Below, one piece after another: positions 16,588-37,066 of a stretch of 64,000 nucleotides of DNA. Source of the stretch: Blastocystis sp. Blastoise (lineage: Eukaryota > Protista > Bigyra: Opalinata); assembly GCA_039096225.1 (NCBI GenBank), contig JBBPEB010000027.1, forward strand, positions 682,001 through 746,000, written 5' to 3'. The stretch's first letter is position 1, and each line of letters begins with the position of its first letter. Both the position numbers and the translations under genes were made by a program. Under the pieces are notes generated by a model, which was given only the letters and a program-made list of their open reading frames with translations, did not search any database and was not told the DNA's origin.

Positions 16588-18289
16588 ATTTTTTCTTAAT
16601 TAATTCATAATTTGTTTTTTTTATATGCTTTATTTATGTTTTCTTTATTAAAAATTTGTTTTGCTTATAAAAGAAAATGTTTTTAAAAGTATCGCAACTT
16701 TGTCGCAACTTTTGTCGCAACTTTTGAACCGCTCTAGATTTAATCAACACAGTATTATATATATTTTAGCATCTAAGAACTCTAACAATAGTATTGCTCA
16801 TAAATTAATTGAATGAATAGTAAAATCATATCTTCAATTAATTAATATATGCGTTATAATAATAAGCTAATTTGTGATAAACATATTTTTTTTTATAAAA
16901 TAATTTTGCGTATTCTTATTTGAACAACTAGATATCATTTATTTTTGAGATTTTTTAAAACAGTATGGAATTATTCAATTATAAAAAATATAAAAAAAAC
17001 ATGATGTCAAAAAATAAAAATAAAAATATTAATAGTAATTTGTATATATTTTTATATACTCTAAATTTTTTTGTAATATACGCAATTCGTTTTGTTATTT
17101 TAGATTAAAAAATTTTGATAAGCCACTTATATGTGTCAAAAGATCACAAGTGTAATATAGTAGTATAAATAAACATATATGAATTGATTATGATAATATC
17201 ATATATTTGAAGTATTTGTGTTTTTATGGATGATATAGGGTTTCGTTGTCGTTGGTCAAAGTGGTTTATTAGAATAGAGTCATATATTATTGTTCTTGAT
17301 ATCATTTAATACTTTTAAAAAGAAGTGTTTTTAGTTTCATTAGAGAAGAAGAATGATGTTTTGTATCATAGAGAATAATGTTTGAGTTACCAAATATATG
17401 TATAGATTATTCTATTATATATAGACATTTAATTAATAAAAAGTTCTAAAGTCTTTTAAGAAAATCAATTGAAAATGGTCATAAGAATACTCTAGGAATA
17501 TATAATTAATATATAATAAATTAACATTCTATTTTATAGAAGAACTAACAGATTAAAGAAATGATTGAGTTGTCATTTTTCTCATGTTATCTTTAAACAA
17601 TGGTATATTACTTTATTTGGATATAAGGTGTAAGATTCAACTTGATATATAATATAAATTTGATTTAATCAATTAAAGGAACGATAGACTCGAGTGTTTT
17701 AAATGAATTTAGTTTAATTGGCCACAATATTATTCTTTAAGTATTTTTTAATTCCATATAGTTGATTTATATATAGATATACTTGATTTAGTGAATCAAA
17801 TGATGATTTTACGAAGATTATAAGAATTATGTACATTGATATACTTTAAAGAAAGAATTTATTCATTCATTTATACTTTAATATCATACATATACCCATA
17901 TCAAAACAGAATTACACATCAATTAAGCAACATCAGTTGTGACTGAAGAAATTAAGTTGTTTATATTCGTCAAAAACGTATTATAGATTTCACTATAAAA
18001 ATCTCTACAAGATTCTCTATTTAATATTTTCTATATATATGAAAGAAGCTTCTATTCTTGATAAATGAAATGAAATAGCTTTAAGCTATGATAAATCCGT
18101 AATCTTTGGTAATTACCGATGGAAATTTCGTCGTAATTTTATATTTTTTCATGTGGAAATTACCACACAAGAATGATAAACCCATGATTATTTCTTTTTT
18201 AAAGGGGAAAATTTATAAGTGAATATAGGTAAATATTCTTCTATTTGACCTTCATCATTTTAAACAGTTCAAACAAGTGGTTGATCAAT

Positions 18290-20803
<2,514 letters not shown>

Positions 20804-21382
20804 AATATTGATGATTATTACACATGATCATTCTTATTTTTCTTCTTATTATAAACCTTTGTTAACTCTATACTGTAATACATATCTCTTAAACCATTAT
20901 TAGCTTATCAATATTAATTTATTTCCTATTTAATATCTTTTTGAATATAATTAGTTTGTACTTTTGTTTATGCAATAATAATCACTATTCACTTTAACTC
21001 TAGATTAAAAACAACATTACTCTTGATGAAATTATTACTTTTTGTTTTAAAAAAAATATAAATATTTTTTCCTTGTAATACCAAGAAATTATTTTTTTTT
21101 ACAGAAAAAATAGGAAATTACATCATCTCTAAATAGCTTTTGAATGATTTGAATAATTACGGTTTTTAATGAATTGGAAGGCGAGAATTTTTATTGGGAA
21201 ATTCATGAAGAGAAATGGGTTGATTGGTTTCGATTCAGCTCATTTTCGAGAGTCAGCTTTACTTTTGTTTATCCATTTTCATTTTTTATAAATGATGTTT
21301 TGTTCATATTTTAATTTGATTTGATTCAAATATAAATAATATTAATTAATTCGATAATTTTTTTGATTAAGAATTCAATATA

Positions 21383-21832
21383 ATGATGCAAGTATATAGA
21401 AGTGTTCCTGTAATGCAGCTTGCTGCTACTCATGCTATTCGTGCTTCTCCTCTTTTAATACAGAAGAGAACAATGATTCTTGGATTTGCAATTAAATCAG
21501 CTATTGATTTAACTGCAATTTCTACAAGTGCTGCTGCTGTTCGTAGAATAACTGGCTTTGATTTTAAACCTTATGCTATGAATATAAAAGATGAAAAGAT
21601 GCGTAACTTCTCATTAGGATATTTATTTTATGGTGAAAAATGGGCTGATTTCTTTGTAAATCAATGGGAACGTTGTACTTTAAAATGTAAAAATGAGAAT
21701 AGAGAGAAATACGAAAAGTATCAAAGACAATATGATAGCAAAAAAAACCAATATTCTGATGAATTCCAAAGATATAAAGATGCTAAAAATTATGATTCCA
21801 GCAAACATATGTATCCTGATAAATATGAATAA
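21383..21832 (+). CDS. DUF1748-family small protein with N-terminal extension
   Basis: LGFAIKSAIDLTAISTSAAAVRRITGF..YLFYGEKWAD resembles the DUF1748 core (D..L.S...A..+R.TG..YL..GE..D). Confidence 0.65.
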   Translation: MMQVYRSVPVMQLAATHAIRASPLLIQKRTMILGFAIKSAIDLTAISTSAAAVRRITGFDFKPYAMNIKDEKMRNFSLGYLFYGEKWADFFVNQWERCTLKCKNENREKYEKYQRQYDSKKNQYSDEFQRYKDAKNYDSSKHMYPDKYE

Positions 21833-22637
21833 ATTATATTCATTAATTAATTGATTTATTCTATTATTATTCTTTTTTTGGGAGATTTTTTATGATATAT
21901 ATTATGATTTTTTAATATATATTTCTTTCTATATTTATCTCTTTTCTTCATATATTTATATATATATATGTAATTAAATAAGTTTTTCTTTTTCCTATTT
22001 TCTAATTTTTATAATCAGTTTTTTTATATATTTTGTTGCTAACATATATTAGAAAAATGAATGAAAATATAGAGTATTCAAAATAGCAGTACATTTGAAT
22101 AAAATTAATATATAAGTATTTGAAGAAGTTTATAGATACTCTATAACTTTTTAATAATTATATGTGACCATATTTTCATTTTATTGACATTGAAATTACT
22201 TATTATATAAAGGAAAACAAACTTTCTCATTCATAAAATTTCTTTGCCAACAAATTATCTGTATAGATAATGAGTATGAAATATAAGTAATATATTAGTT
22301 ATGTTTTTATTATTGCATAAATGAGCTGGACATTTTAATATAAAGAATAAAAATTTATGTTAGTTGATCCTCATGATCATTCGTGCGAATATGTTTAATA
22401 AATCGAATATATATATTTTTATGTATCTTTTCTGTTAAAAAAGCCATATTATTTCAAATAATTATAGAATAATCTTGATAATAAATTGGATTATATTAAT
22501 ATTCGTACCTATTTAAATGATTCTTTTTTGGCCACTCATTCTTTTTCAAAAGAAAACGAATATTTGTATCATTTCGCTTTTTGTTGTGGATTGTTTTGAC
22601 ATATTTATTTTTATTTGTGAAGTATTAGAAAAAAAAG

Positions 22638-25127
22638 ATGTTTAATCAACTTTTCATGGTATATGCTACCATTGCAATGGACGCATTAGGCATGTCTCTT
22701 GTAATGCCTGTCATTCCGTTGTTTGTTCAGCATTTAGGAGCAAGTGGATTTGAGTTGGGATTATTTTACACTGCGTATTCTGTCACTCAAATGATAAGTA
22801 TAGTTTTTGCTTGATTTTATGGTTAGTGTATATGTAGGTGCATATTTTATGGGATCATTATCTGATAAATATGGGAGGAGATTATTTTTATTATTATCTT
22901 TATTTGGATCATTTACAGGTATTATTAATTATATAATTGACGAGTTCACTGTGATTATAGGTCCTTTATTTCAATCTTTTTCTGTTGCGATGTGGATGTT
23001 TAGTCTTTTTAGAGCATATACTGGTATTCTAGCTGGGAGTATGACTATTGGACAAGCATATATTGCTGATGTGATTCCTCCTGAGAAACGAGCAGGAAGT
23101 TTTAGTTTTATTCTTGGATTAGGATCTGCTGCTTTTATTTTTGGACCTGCTATTGGAGGTTTATTAGGAGGTATCTCACTTCAAATGCCTTTGTATGTTA
23201 AAGTTGTTATATGCGTATATGTTTTTTAGTTGGGTATCTTCCGGTTGTGCATTCATTGTATTCATAACAGCAATATTCTGTTTAAAGGAAACTAATGCTA
23301 CAGTTATCAGAAAGACAGAATTAAAAGCAAAACAACGAAAGCTTCTTAAGAAAACAGGTTTAAGTATGTATATGTTTTATAGTGTTTTCATCTTTCTAGG
23401 TATTGAGGAGAGTAAGGAAGTTGATGAAATTAAAGAAGAACTGAATAAACTCAATTCGAAAAGTATATTATAAATATGCTTATATATAACAAATATATAT
23501 ATATCTAGAGACAAAAGAAGAAAAGGAATCAATTAAAATTCATTGGAATATTTATATGGTATATATTATATATTAAAAGGTCATATACACTTATGTTTAT
23601 TTATAGATATTCTGGTTAGTTATTCGATTCTTAAATGAATGTGTCTGTGTTCTCTTTAGTAGTTAGTATATATATATATATATAGCAATAATTTTTAATT
23701 GATATATATTTAGTTTTGGCTATTATTTGATATCATATCTCCAAGGTACACAAATGAATTATAGGTATATATATACTATTTATTGTTGTCTCTAAGTATA
23801 TCCATATATAGTATTATGCTCTGTTGTACTGGTATTGTTACTTGTATAATTCAAGGGTTTCTCTATTCCATATTAAGGGACAAACTACATACTAGTGTTG
23901 GTATATATTATACTTTCTTTTCTTTCTTTATTTCATTATCTATAGTGTATATTGGACTTCTTGGATGCATCATTATGTGTATCTATATATCTATATTTAT
24001 ATCTACATTAAAATATTATTATTATATATCTTTTTCTATATTATTCAATATATATAGTATCAGGAGCTATTCTTTGTACTGTTGCAAACTCGGTTTGGAT
24101 GGGAATTCTCGGAGGAATTCTCCTTCTTGGCGGATATGCATTTGTGAGTCCGAACTGTTCGGTTGTCCTCTCTGTATATTCATCTTCGCAACATGTCTTT
24201 ATATCTTTATTATTATCATCTTTTTATCTATTTTTTTTAAATATAATTTTATCTCTTTCTATATGTATCTCTTTTTATTCATCTATATATATATTTACGT
24301 ATATATTTATTTCTCTCTATTTATAGATCCAGGCTCCTCCTGAATGCCAAGGGAAAGCTCTATCTATGTGTATATACTATATATTATATATTACAATCCT
24401 ATATATACTATATTATACTATATTAAATCATATACTATATTATTTATTATAATTCTATATATTATATACTATTTATTATATATGATAACTATAGCAACAG
24501 TAACCTCGGAGGCTGTATATATCGTTATTCCAATGGTATTTGGAGCTATTTATGATGTATCTCCTTTCTGGACCATCTGCTCTATGACTATTTTCTGTAT
24601 ATATGATATATTATATAATATATAATATATTATCTATAATATATAATTATATTTTGAGGACTATTCTTATTTCTATAAATATTCAATTATAGCTGCATTG
24701 ATTCTCTTACTACTTCTCATATTTTGGTGTATTCCTGGAAGTTTGACTTGTGCAGATAAGAAAGAATCAACTGGTATATACATCTAATCCTTTTTAGTCA
24801 TTATATATAGAATCAAAAGAAGGCAGTCCTCCATCTTCGAAAATAGAATCGGATAATTCAGATGCAAGTATCATAATGAATTACTCGAAGGATACTATGA
24901 ATGAAGACAAGAATATATCTATAAATATGAATACTGAGTCTCCAGTGATGCCAAGAGAAACTGAATCAAAGAATATTGTATCTACTTCACATTCTGTTAC
25001 ATGTCCTTCACTAGAAGTCAAGATCCTAGTTTCAGAAACAAATCTAAGTATATCTCCTAGTAATACTACTACTACTACTACTACTGCAAATATTCATGAA
25101 CAACAAAGTAGTATATCTATAGTTTAA
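22638..25127 (+). CDS. Major facilitator superfamily transporter (TetA/DHA1-like), about 14 exons
   Basis: MDALGMSLVMPVIP; motif A GSLSDKYGRR; AYIADVIPPEKRA; motif C FIFGPAIGGLL. All introns GT-AG. Confidence 0.92.
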
Positions 25128-26626
25128 TTATTAAGGCAGACATTGATGTTATTCTAAAATGGATCCTATCTTTTTTATCAGATTCTTATTTCTATCTCTT
25201 TCTCTTCTTAGCACAATATGATATTCATATTGAGCTATCTATTATTTCTTAGTAACTGAAATAATACATTTGCTAGCTTTTGTTTTTTTTTATTAATTAT
25301 TATTATTTTTTTTTATTGTCTTTTTAAAGTCTTTTTTTATAAATGTTTATCGATTTAAATGTTTATTCAATAATAATAAAGCAGTTGTTATTGTTTCATC
25401 TGTTTATAAACTTTTATGTTGAATACGAAAAATTCATGTAAGAACACAATTTTCCTTTATGTATGCTTAATATACAGAGAAAAATAAACCAAAGAACATT
25501 CTTAATAAGTTTTTCTATAAACAAACACATATATATTGTTCGTGTTTAAGGTTATTCTTTATAATAAATGAATTCATAACATTGATTATACTAGATATAT
25601 ATATTATGCTATATACATGACTGCTCTCCTTTATAAGAACAAAATATTATCTATACTACAACCTTTGTTTATAATAGACAATAATAGATTCTGTGATTAC
25701 ATAAAAAAAGTAATATAGTTATCATCATGAAGATATGTATATATATTATTAATTTGAGTAAACATGGAGATATCAAAAACTAATATAAAATCAGTTCTGT
25801 TGCTTTTTCTGTTTATCTTTATATATATATTTGAATCTTATATATCATTAAGTAAATATTATTATTGTTTTTTTAAATAAAAAATGACCTATATTTGTAT
25901 ACCATTGACGATTCTATGCTATATTTTTCTGTTGATTCTATTATATTATTCTTGATATTTTGTTAGAATGTATTATATATAACGTTAATTCTCATAAACA
26001 ATTATATATATATAAATTTAAAGTATAAATAACCTATTTTGCTCAATCGTTTCTTTTAGATTCTTATAAGTAACGGCAAACATTAACAAAAGAAAAATCT
26101 ATATATTGTGATGATTAGTGAATTTTGAGATACAGGAATGTAATTTATGACTTAAATCACAATATAATGATACTAGGATGAATAAATATTGACTAGATAT
26201 TCTATGTATTCTCTTTATAAATTTTAAACAATTTGAAAACAAAATTAGAAATTTTAAAAGTTACACGAACACATTCATCTATCTACACGAGATATTTCAC
26301 AGTTACACCATAGAAAATGCATTCTAATACATTCTTATATCTTTAAAGAATTCATAGAGAAACGAATTCTAAAAAACACAGAATTTCTTTTGAAAAAACT
26401 ATTGTTTATTCTTGTGTTCCATCATTTGTCCAATAACATTTAAGAATTTCATTTGTAAAGATCTCTTTTTGTTATAGTTTTTTTTTACAAATTGTGCAGT
26501 GAAGTCATATTTTATTTATTTTACAAGTATGTATATTTTTAAATAAATATATTAATTTATTGTATATCTTCTATTTGTTTAGATTATTCACGAAACAAAG
26601 ACTGATATTTCTTTTTTTTGGCTTAA

Positions 26627-28131
26627 ATGAGTTGCGATAACGTTCTTTTATTTATTGATCAAAGACATGAGTCTGTCTATTCTCTGTCAGAAAAGTATTT
26701 AAACAATTTTAAAGGGAGTTATCTATATGAATTGAGTACTCAGCCTGGAAATAAAGTTCAAGATGGATTATATTATTACTTGGACTCTATGAATCAGTAT
26801 ATTTATTTGGTATTCTCTTCAATAAAAGGTGAACAATTGTTGATGACAGACATTCCTTTGAAAGATGAAAAAGTTGTTTGTGAAGCATTTGATTTTTGTG
26901 GAATTCCTGTTTCCTTACAAGTTAAGAATCATTTCAAACATTTATGTGATTTAGAGAGAAATAAACTTGAAGATCATGGTGCTGTTGTTCGTTTAGCAGA
27001 TTCTGTGAATAATGTCAAATCATCTTTATCATTACTTGAAGAGAATAATAAGTCAATAAAAAGTTCTATTTCATCGTTAGAAGATCATCTAAAGCTTGTT
27101 TCAAGTAGTTTAGGTGAAATAGATACTACATTGGATTTATTGAAAGGAAAGATTTCTTATATAGAATATGAGTCTCTTCTTACAGAGAAAGAGTCTTTAA
27201 CTAGTTCTAAGAAGTGTGAAATCTGGAAACAATTGAGTGATGATCATATTTTCCATTCAAATAAGATCCTCTATTTATTTCAACCTGATTCTACTATACT
27301 AACATATATGGATAGAGCTTTCTTCTTTATGCTCTTTAAAGATTGTTGTCAATGGCAATTATTATATCGAATGAGTGATCATGAAGGCAGTGTGAAATGT
27401 TTCAAGGAGAAATGCTGGGAGAAGGAGAGTTTAGTGTTTGTGAAGGCATTAGATGATGATAATAATATCGTTACCTTTGGAGGATATACAGCTATAGGAT
27501 GGGGTAAGAACCTTATTGACAGAGATAATCCTCCTAGACGTATATATCTATTTATTCTATTATTAATAGTGTTATAATAATATATATTATGTGTTTTCTT
27601 GTTTTATATATTTTTATTTTATTTGTTATACTATAAATAATAGAATAATATATATATATTATAATATTATTTTTATTATTTTCTACAACATTTAACATTT
27701 ATTATTATATATATATATAATATAATATAGCTGGAATGGGATGGAGAGCAGATAAAAATGCATTCTTGTTTTCGTTGATAAATCCCCATGGTTATAATTA
27801 TTCCATATTACGTCTAGATAAAGAGAATGTTACTAGTATAGCATGCGCTCTGAATAGCAATGACCCTCTTTTCCCTCTGTCTTTCTGTCAAGGATTCATG
27901 CTCTCAGATGCTCAGAAAGAAGGGAAGTTCAGTGTTGGTATTGTCAATAGTCTAAATAACCCAGATCCTGTATATATATCTCCTCATCCTGAATTGGGAA
28001 ATAGCTTCTTTACTAATAATGGTAAACCTGATGAAGCTAATATCTTTGCTCTTGTGGACTTCGAAGTATATACGGATTTAAATACTCCAAAAAGAAGTGA
28101 TGAACCACAAACATGTGATCACGGATTATAA
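26627..28131 (+). CDS. BTB-like, coiled-coil and TLDc domain protein, 2 exons
   Basis: WQLLYRMSDHEGSVKCFKEKC, TFGGYTAIGW, DKNAFLFSLINP, DFEVY are TLDc hallmarks. One phase-1 GT-AG intron. Confidence 0.85.
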
Positions 28132-28910
28132 TCCTCTATTTATTTCTATATATTTATTTTCTGCTTTGCTTTTTTTTATATACAATAATAATATTTATTT
28201 ATTTACTTTTTTAAATATAAACGTTTATTTCTTTCGATGAATAACTCTTATAATATCATATATAGTGTTTCCTATTCTTGATCATATTGATATTTTGTTT
28301 TATTTCATTCACCAATTGATTTGGAATAGATATTAGATAACTATTAAAAAATATTCACAGTATACAAAGATAATTAATAAATGATATTTTCTTTTAAATC
28401 TCCATGAATAACAATTGATGCTTATTATTTATAATAATTTTAAAGCATAAATAAATGTTTATCCATTGTAAAATAGAAGAAATGAGAAATGAAATAATAT
28501 AAGAATACATATAAAAACAATATCATTCTCTATATATATTATAGATTAATTTTACATCATTAAAAATGATTATATGATTTCATAAGAACAATACAAAATG
28601 TAAATCAGTTAATAACACCAACTTTTATATTGAAAAAGCTATTATTTTTATTGATTAGTAGCTGAATCTGCTTGAATGCATAAAATAACTAATGAATTAA
28701 TTTATATAATAACGATATAGCCTTCAAAAAGATGACGCAAAGAGCAATATATGAATAAAGCGATTTGCCTAATGACAAGCTGTTCATCCCGCGGTTATTA
28801 CCGAATCTTTTCGGAGAAACATTTTCCAGAACTGTGCTTATTCAGAAGTCGTGTTTCTTATTCTTCATATTCAGAATAATAAATTATATTTCTGTGTGTA
28901 AATTGTTACC

Positions 28911-29200
28911 ATGTTGTCTAAGCATTTAGGTTTATTATATATATTCTTCCTTTTTCTGTTTGTTGGTAGTATGTCTTCCGAAATTTTATCAAATGAAGAA
29001 CGACTTGAGCGTATACGTAAGTATCTTCAACCAAGTGAAGCTCTTATGACAACTGTAAATACTTTCACTGCTGAAGAGTTTTCTGATTTATTTATGAGAA
29101 GTAATGAACTCTTCATTATTGTAGATTGTAGAAGTCAATATGCTTATGATATTTCTCATATTCCTCATGCTATTACTTTGGTATGCTTTTTTAAAAGGTT

Positions 29201-29299
<99 letters not shown>

Positions 29300-29568
29300 A
29301 ACAATATAATGAAAGATTCCCAAAGGATAAACTTCCTTATGCGAGAACCATATTTTATAGTCATCTTGGTGATGAAATTGTTGATGTCGTTAAACGTGAA
29401 ATCAATAGAGGTGCTAGAGCTTATAACCTTGTTGGAGGATTTATTTCTTGGGGACATTTTAATAAATATATGGATAATAAAGAAGATACGATTCCTAAGC
29501 AGATTGTCGTTCCTGATGTAAATAAACAATGGCAAGTGGATACATTAGAAGCTATATTTGAAAACTAA
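28911..29568 (+). CDS. Single-domain rhodanese-like protein with signal peptide or anchor, 2 exons
   Basis: IIVDCRSQYAYDISHIPHAI and AYNLVGGFISW. Active-site loop reads IFYSHLG. Confidence 0.85.
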
Positions 29569-30192
29569 TATTCTTATTCTTCTTATTACTAATAATAATA
29601 TATAAATATTTTCCAAAATAAAATTTTCATTATTTTATCTTGCTCTTGCTTCATTCTTTGTAACTATATTTACTTATCATTATTTTATTTATATTTGTTT
29701 GGTTGCTATATATTTAGAAATAATTAAATCTATATGTAGATATAGTTCTGAGTAATACTTTATTATATTCATTATGATAATTTTTTTTATATTTATTATA
29801 ATGACACATATATGGTAGTATATGTAATTCTAAAATATTCGAATAAAAAATTATTATTTCCTTAATAGAATTTTTTTGTTGTTTATATGAATAACTAAGA
29901 ATACTATCTAAATGTATATAAACACAGTAATTATATATGTAGAATAAAATGTTGAAAGGATCATATATATGTTATGGAATATTAAATGAATAATTAGTAG
30001 TGTTTTATTGTTAACATACTATATATATATAATATATATATATTGAGAGTCAAAACTTTATATACTAAACAAATGAATAAAAATAAAATATATATATAAA
30101 TAAAAGTATAATAAATTAAAAAAAGACTGATTCTATATAGAATAATAAGTCTATAGTTCTTTCTATAGAATATATTGAGAATGACATATGTT

Positions 30193-34225
<4,033 letters not shown>

Positions 34226-34277
34226 CAGTAATTCACCCCAAAAAAATATATTAGAACAGTTTCCAAAAATGGAAATA

Positions 34278-37066
34278 TCTGTCAAACGCGTATCGTTTTT
34301 TTCTCAAACGCGTATTTTTATGTTTTTGTGTATATTTTGTTTTTGGTTGAACTCAGTTGATATTTATTTTTTTTAAATAATTTTTTGCATAAACTCTTTT
34401 CTAATCTATCAGAGACTACTTCATAAATATGAAGTGTATACACATAATACACAATGAAAAATCAGTACACAAAGTTGCTCGTCTTATTTTATAGTACCAA
34501 CTTTTTTAATGACAAGAGCGACTTATTAAAAAGAGTTAATCTAAAAAATATATAAGAATATGTTTATCTTCAAGAATATACAAATAATTTCCACTCAAAT
34601 GAGTTTGAGCAAGTATCACTTGAATAATGTTCTTTCAAAATTAGTCTATTACAACATAAATGAGGTCTATATCGTCTGCAATTATTGTTAACGTATCTAT
34701 CTTAAAAATTAGTAATATTTTATCAATAATTTAGTGCTAATTCTCATATTATTATCATTAAAAATCATTATTTGTTGGATATTATAATCAACCCTAAATC
34801 AAGACTAATATAAATGATAAAATAATCACTGAACATTAAGAAATACACTACCTTTAGACACACAATTAACAACTGTTTTTTATAGTCTTATATATTGAGT
34901 TAACAATCCTACTCATAAAATAAATTAGTTAAAGAAATAATATGTCAAGTTATTTATAAAATAATATCTATGTATAAACATATAATAAAAATTAAGAATA
35001 ATGAAAAAGACAACAAAAAATTTCACACTCATTCCTTTACTCCATGAATATTCCTGATTACTGAAGTTCATAGAATGATTAACTAGTTTCTATTTTTATA
35101 TATGTATAAAACATAAGCCGTGCTTATTTATATTATTTATATTAAAATATTTGAAATTAAATTTAGTGTTTCAAAAAGAGGATTTTATTTTTTTTTTACA
35201 TTTTTTATTGTTTTTCATAAAAACACTAACTAACTATGATATTTTGATGGTTAATAATAAGTCACAGAGTATTGAAATTTTGGTATATTATGCATCTATC
35301 AATCTATATTATATATATAAACCTTGAAAACAATTAATGAAATATTTATTGATTAAAGGGCACGATAACAATACCCTAAAAAGAGTTTTTAAAAAATGTA
35401 TATTATGTCAAATATATATATGTTTTCTTTATGTGTTTATTTCTCTTTATTATATTTTTTGCAACTATAGTCGAATATCTATCATTTTTAAATAATTTAA
35501 AATTCTGAAATTCATTTATAATTTATATTACTTTATTGTCAAAAAGTATGAAAAAATGCATTTCATTGTGTTGTATCATAATGTATTGATTCTAGAATTT
35601 TCACTATCATAATGTAATAGCAAGCATATAAACAGTTTGAAACTGCACATACTTTTGAATTTCTATTTTTCAATATGGGAAAAAAAGAAAAAAGTGTAAA
35701 AAACTCAAAAAGCCATATACATATAATTTCTTTTGTGTTAATAAATACTTAAATATTTATATATAAATCTATATTTTACTAAATAGAGATACTTAACATT
35801 GTACTAATTTAATATATATAAACTGTTCCCAATCTACCTGAAGAGATAGGTAACCTGACATTAATTAATAACAGAAAAAAAAACATTTTTTTCTGGCTTT
35901 TTCTTTCTTTTAGCAGCTTTCTTTATACCAGTAAGAATTATTTGTTTTTCAAATATCATTTGAATATTTATATAAGAGAGTGTTAAATATATAAGAATAT
36001 CTTTTTTTTTGTTTTTAATTCAATAATTATCAAGAACTATCACTAAGTGTAACAACCCTTTTTTTAGAAAAACACTTTAACGTCAATTGAAAATGATTAT
36101 TTTTCTCCGTAAGGAAAATATTAAAAAGATATTTATTAACATAATATTAAAGTTCACATAACATATATCTTATAACTATAAATTAAAATTATAAATAAAT
36201 CAATTTGGTGAAACTAAACGCTTGCAAATCCATAATAAATCAAATTTTCTGTTTAGTGTTAATAAACTATGAAGAACTAATTTTTATGTTTTTTGCTTAT
36301 TGTTGTAGTCAAAAGTATTTGGTACTCAAGAAAATATAATTATTTTTAGTTTGATGATATTGGAAGTTAATCATTTTACAAATTCAATAATTATAAAATA
36401 TTTTATAATCTACAAAAATTATTATGAAAAATATTCACGTCATATGCAACCTAAAAATAAAAATATGACTGCCTGAAATAAAAGACAGAAACCTGAAAAA
36501 TAGAATTATGACATGACAAATATATTTATTGTTTTATTTATTTTATTAATTAGTTCAATCATTTAATCATAGTAAAATAGTTGAAATCAATTTGAGAAGA
36601 ATCTGATTATTTATAATAGGGATTTCAACCCATTCAAAATTTTATCTCATATATTTAGCTTTTAAGTCATTACAATATATTTAAAGTACTCTGTAGAAAG
36701 TAAATCATAATGAATTAAAACAAACGAAGAATATGAAGTTCAATATCACGACCTAGAAGACAGTTTCAAAGACTTATTTGTCGACAAGATTATGTCAGAA
36801 CTCATTCTCTATGTGTATTTACGAAATCAGAATGACCTAACAAAGTTTGATAGAGTACACCCTTGAAATGAATACAATTTGACTCTTATTTTTCTTCTTC
36901 ATAAGGCACTAATGAAATATTTAATCATATGTTGTGTGTAATAGCACTGAAGCTTGACATAAAAAGTTATATAGCTAAGAAAAAAATATCACAGTTATTC
37001 TTTTATTTTAGAAAATAATCTTGAGAAAATACGCGTTTGAGAAAAAAACAATACGCGTTTGACAGA
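34278..37066. mobile_element. Non-autonomous TIR element, about 2.8 kb
   Basis: About 42-bp TIRs (TCTGTCAAACGCGTATCGTTTTTTTCTCAAACGCGTATTTT, one mismatch) with an internal doubled TCAAACGCGTAT. Flanked by TA, or by ATAT if the TIR starts at C. No long ORF inside. Confidence 0.85.

Larger units (their letters stand above)
12690..16736. mobile_element. Nested cluster of hAT-family elements with TIR TAGAGCGGTTCAAAAGTTGC
   Basis: TIR in forward orientation at 12690, 13010 and 13378, and reverse ending at 16117 and 16736. Subterminal AAGTTGCGAC arrays. 12690-13009 is an inverted copy of 16440-16736. 13010-13377 duplicates the left part of 13378-15280. Confidence 0.85.

Noticed and set aside
12700-16730. 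AAGTTGCGAC repeat arrays as a CRISPR-like or telomeric array
   Set aside because: There are no unique spacers. The repeats sit directly inside TIRs, as expected for hAT subterminal transposase-binding sites.
28730-28860. Locally GC-richer non-coding patch as an RNA gene
   Set aside because: No tRNA, snRNA or snoRNA hallmark was recognised. Similar patches precede other start codons and are probably promoter or 5' UTR.
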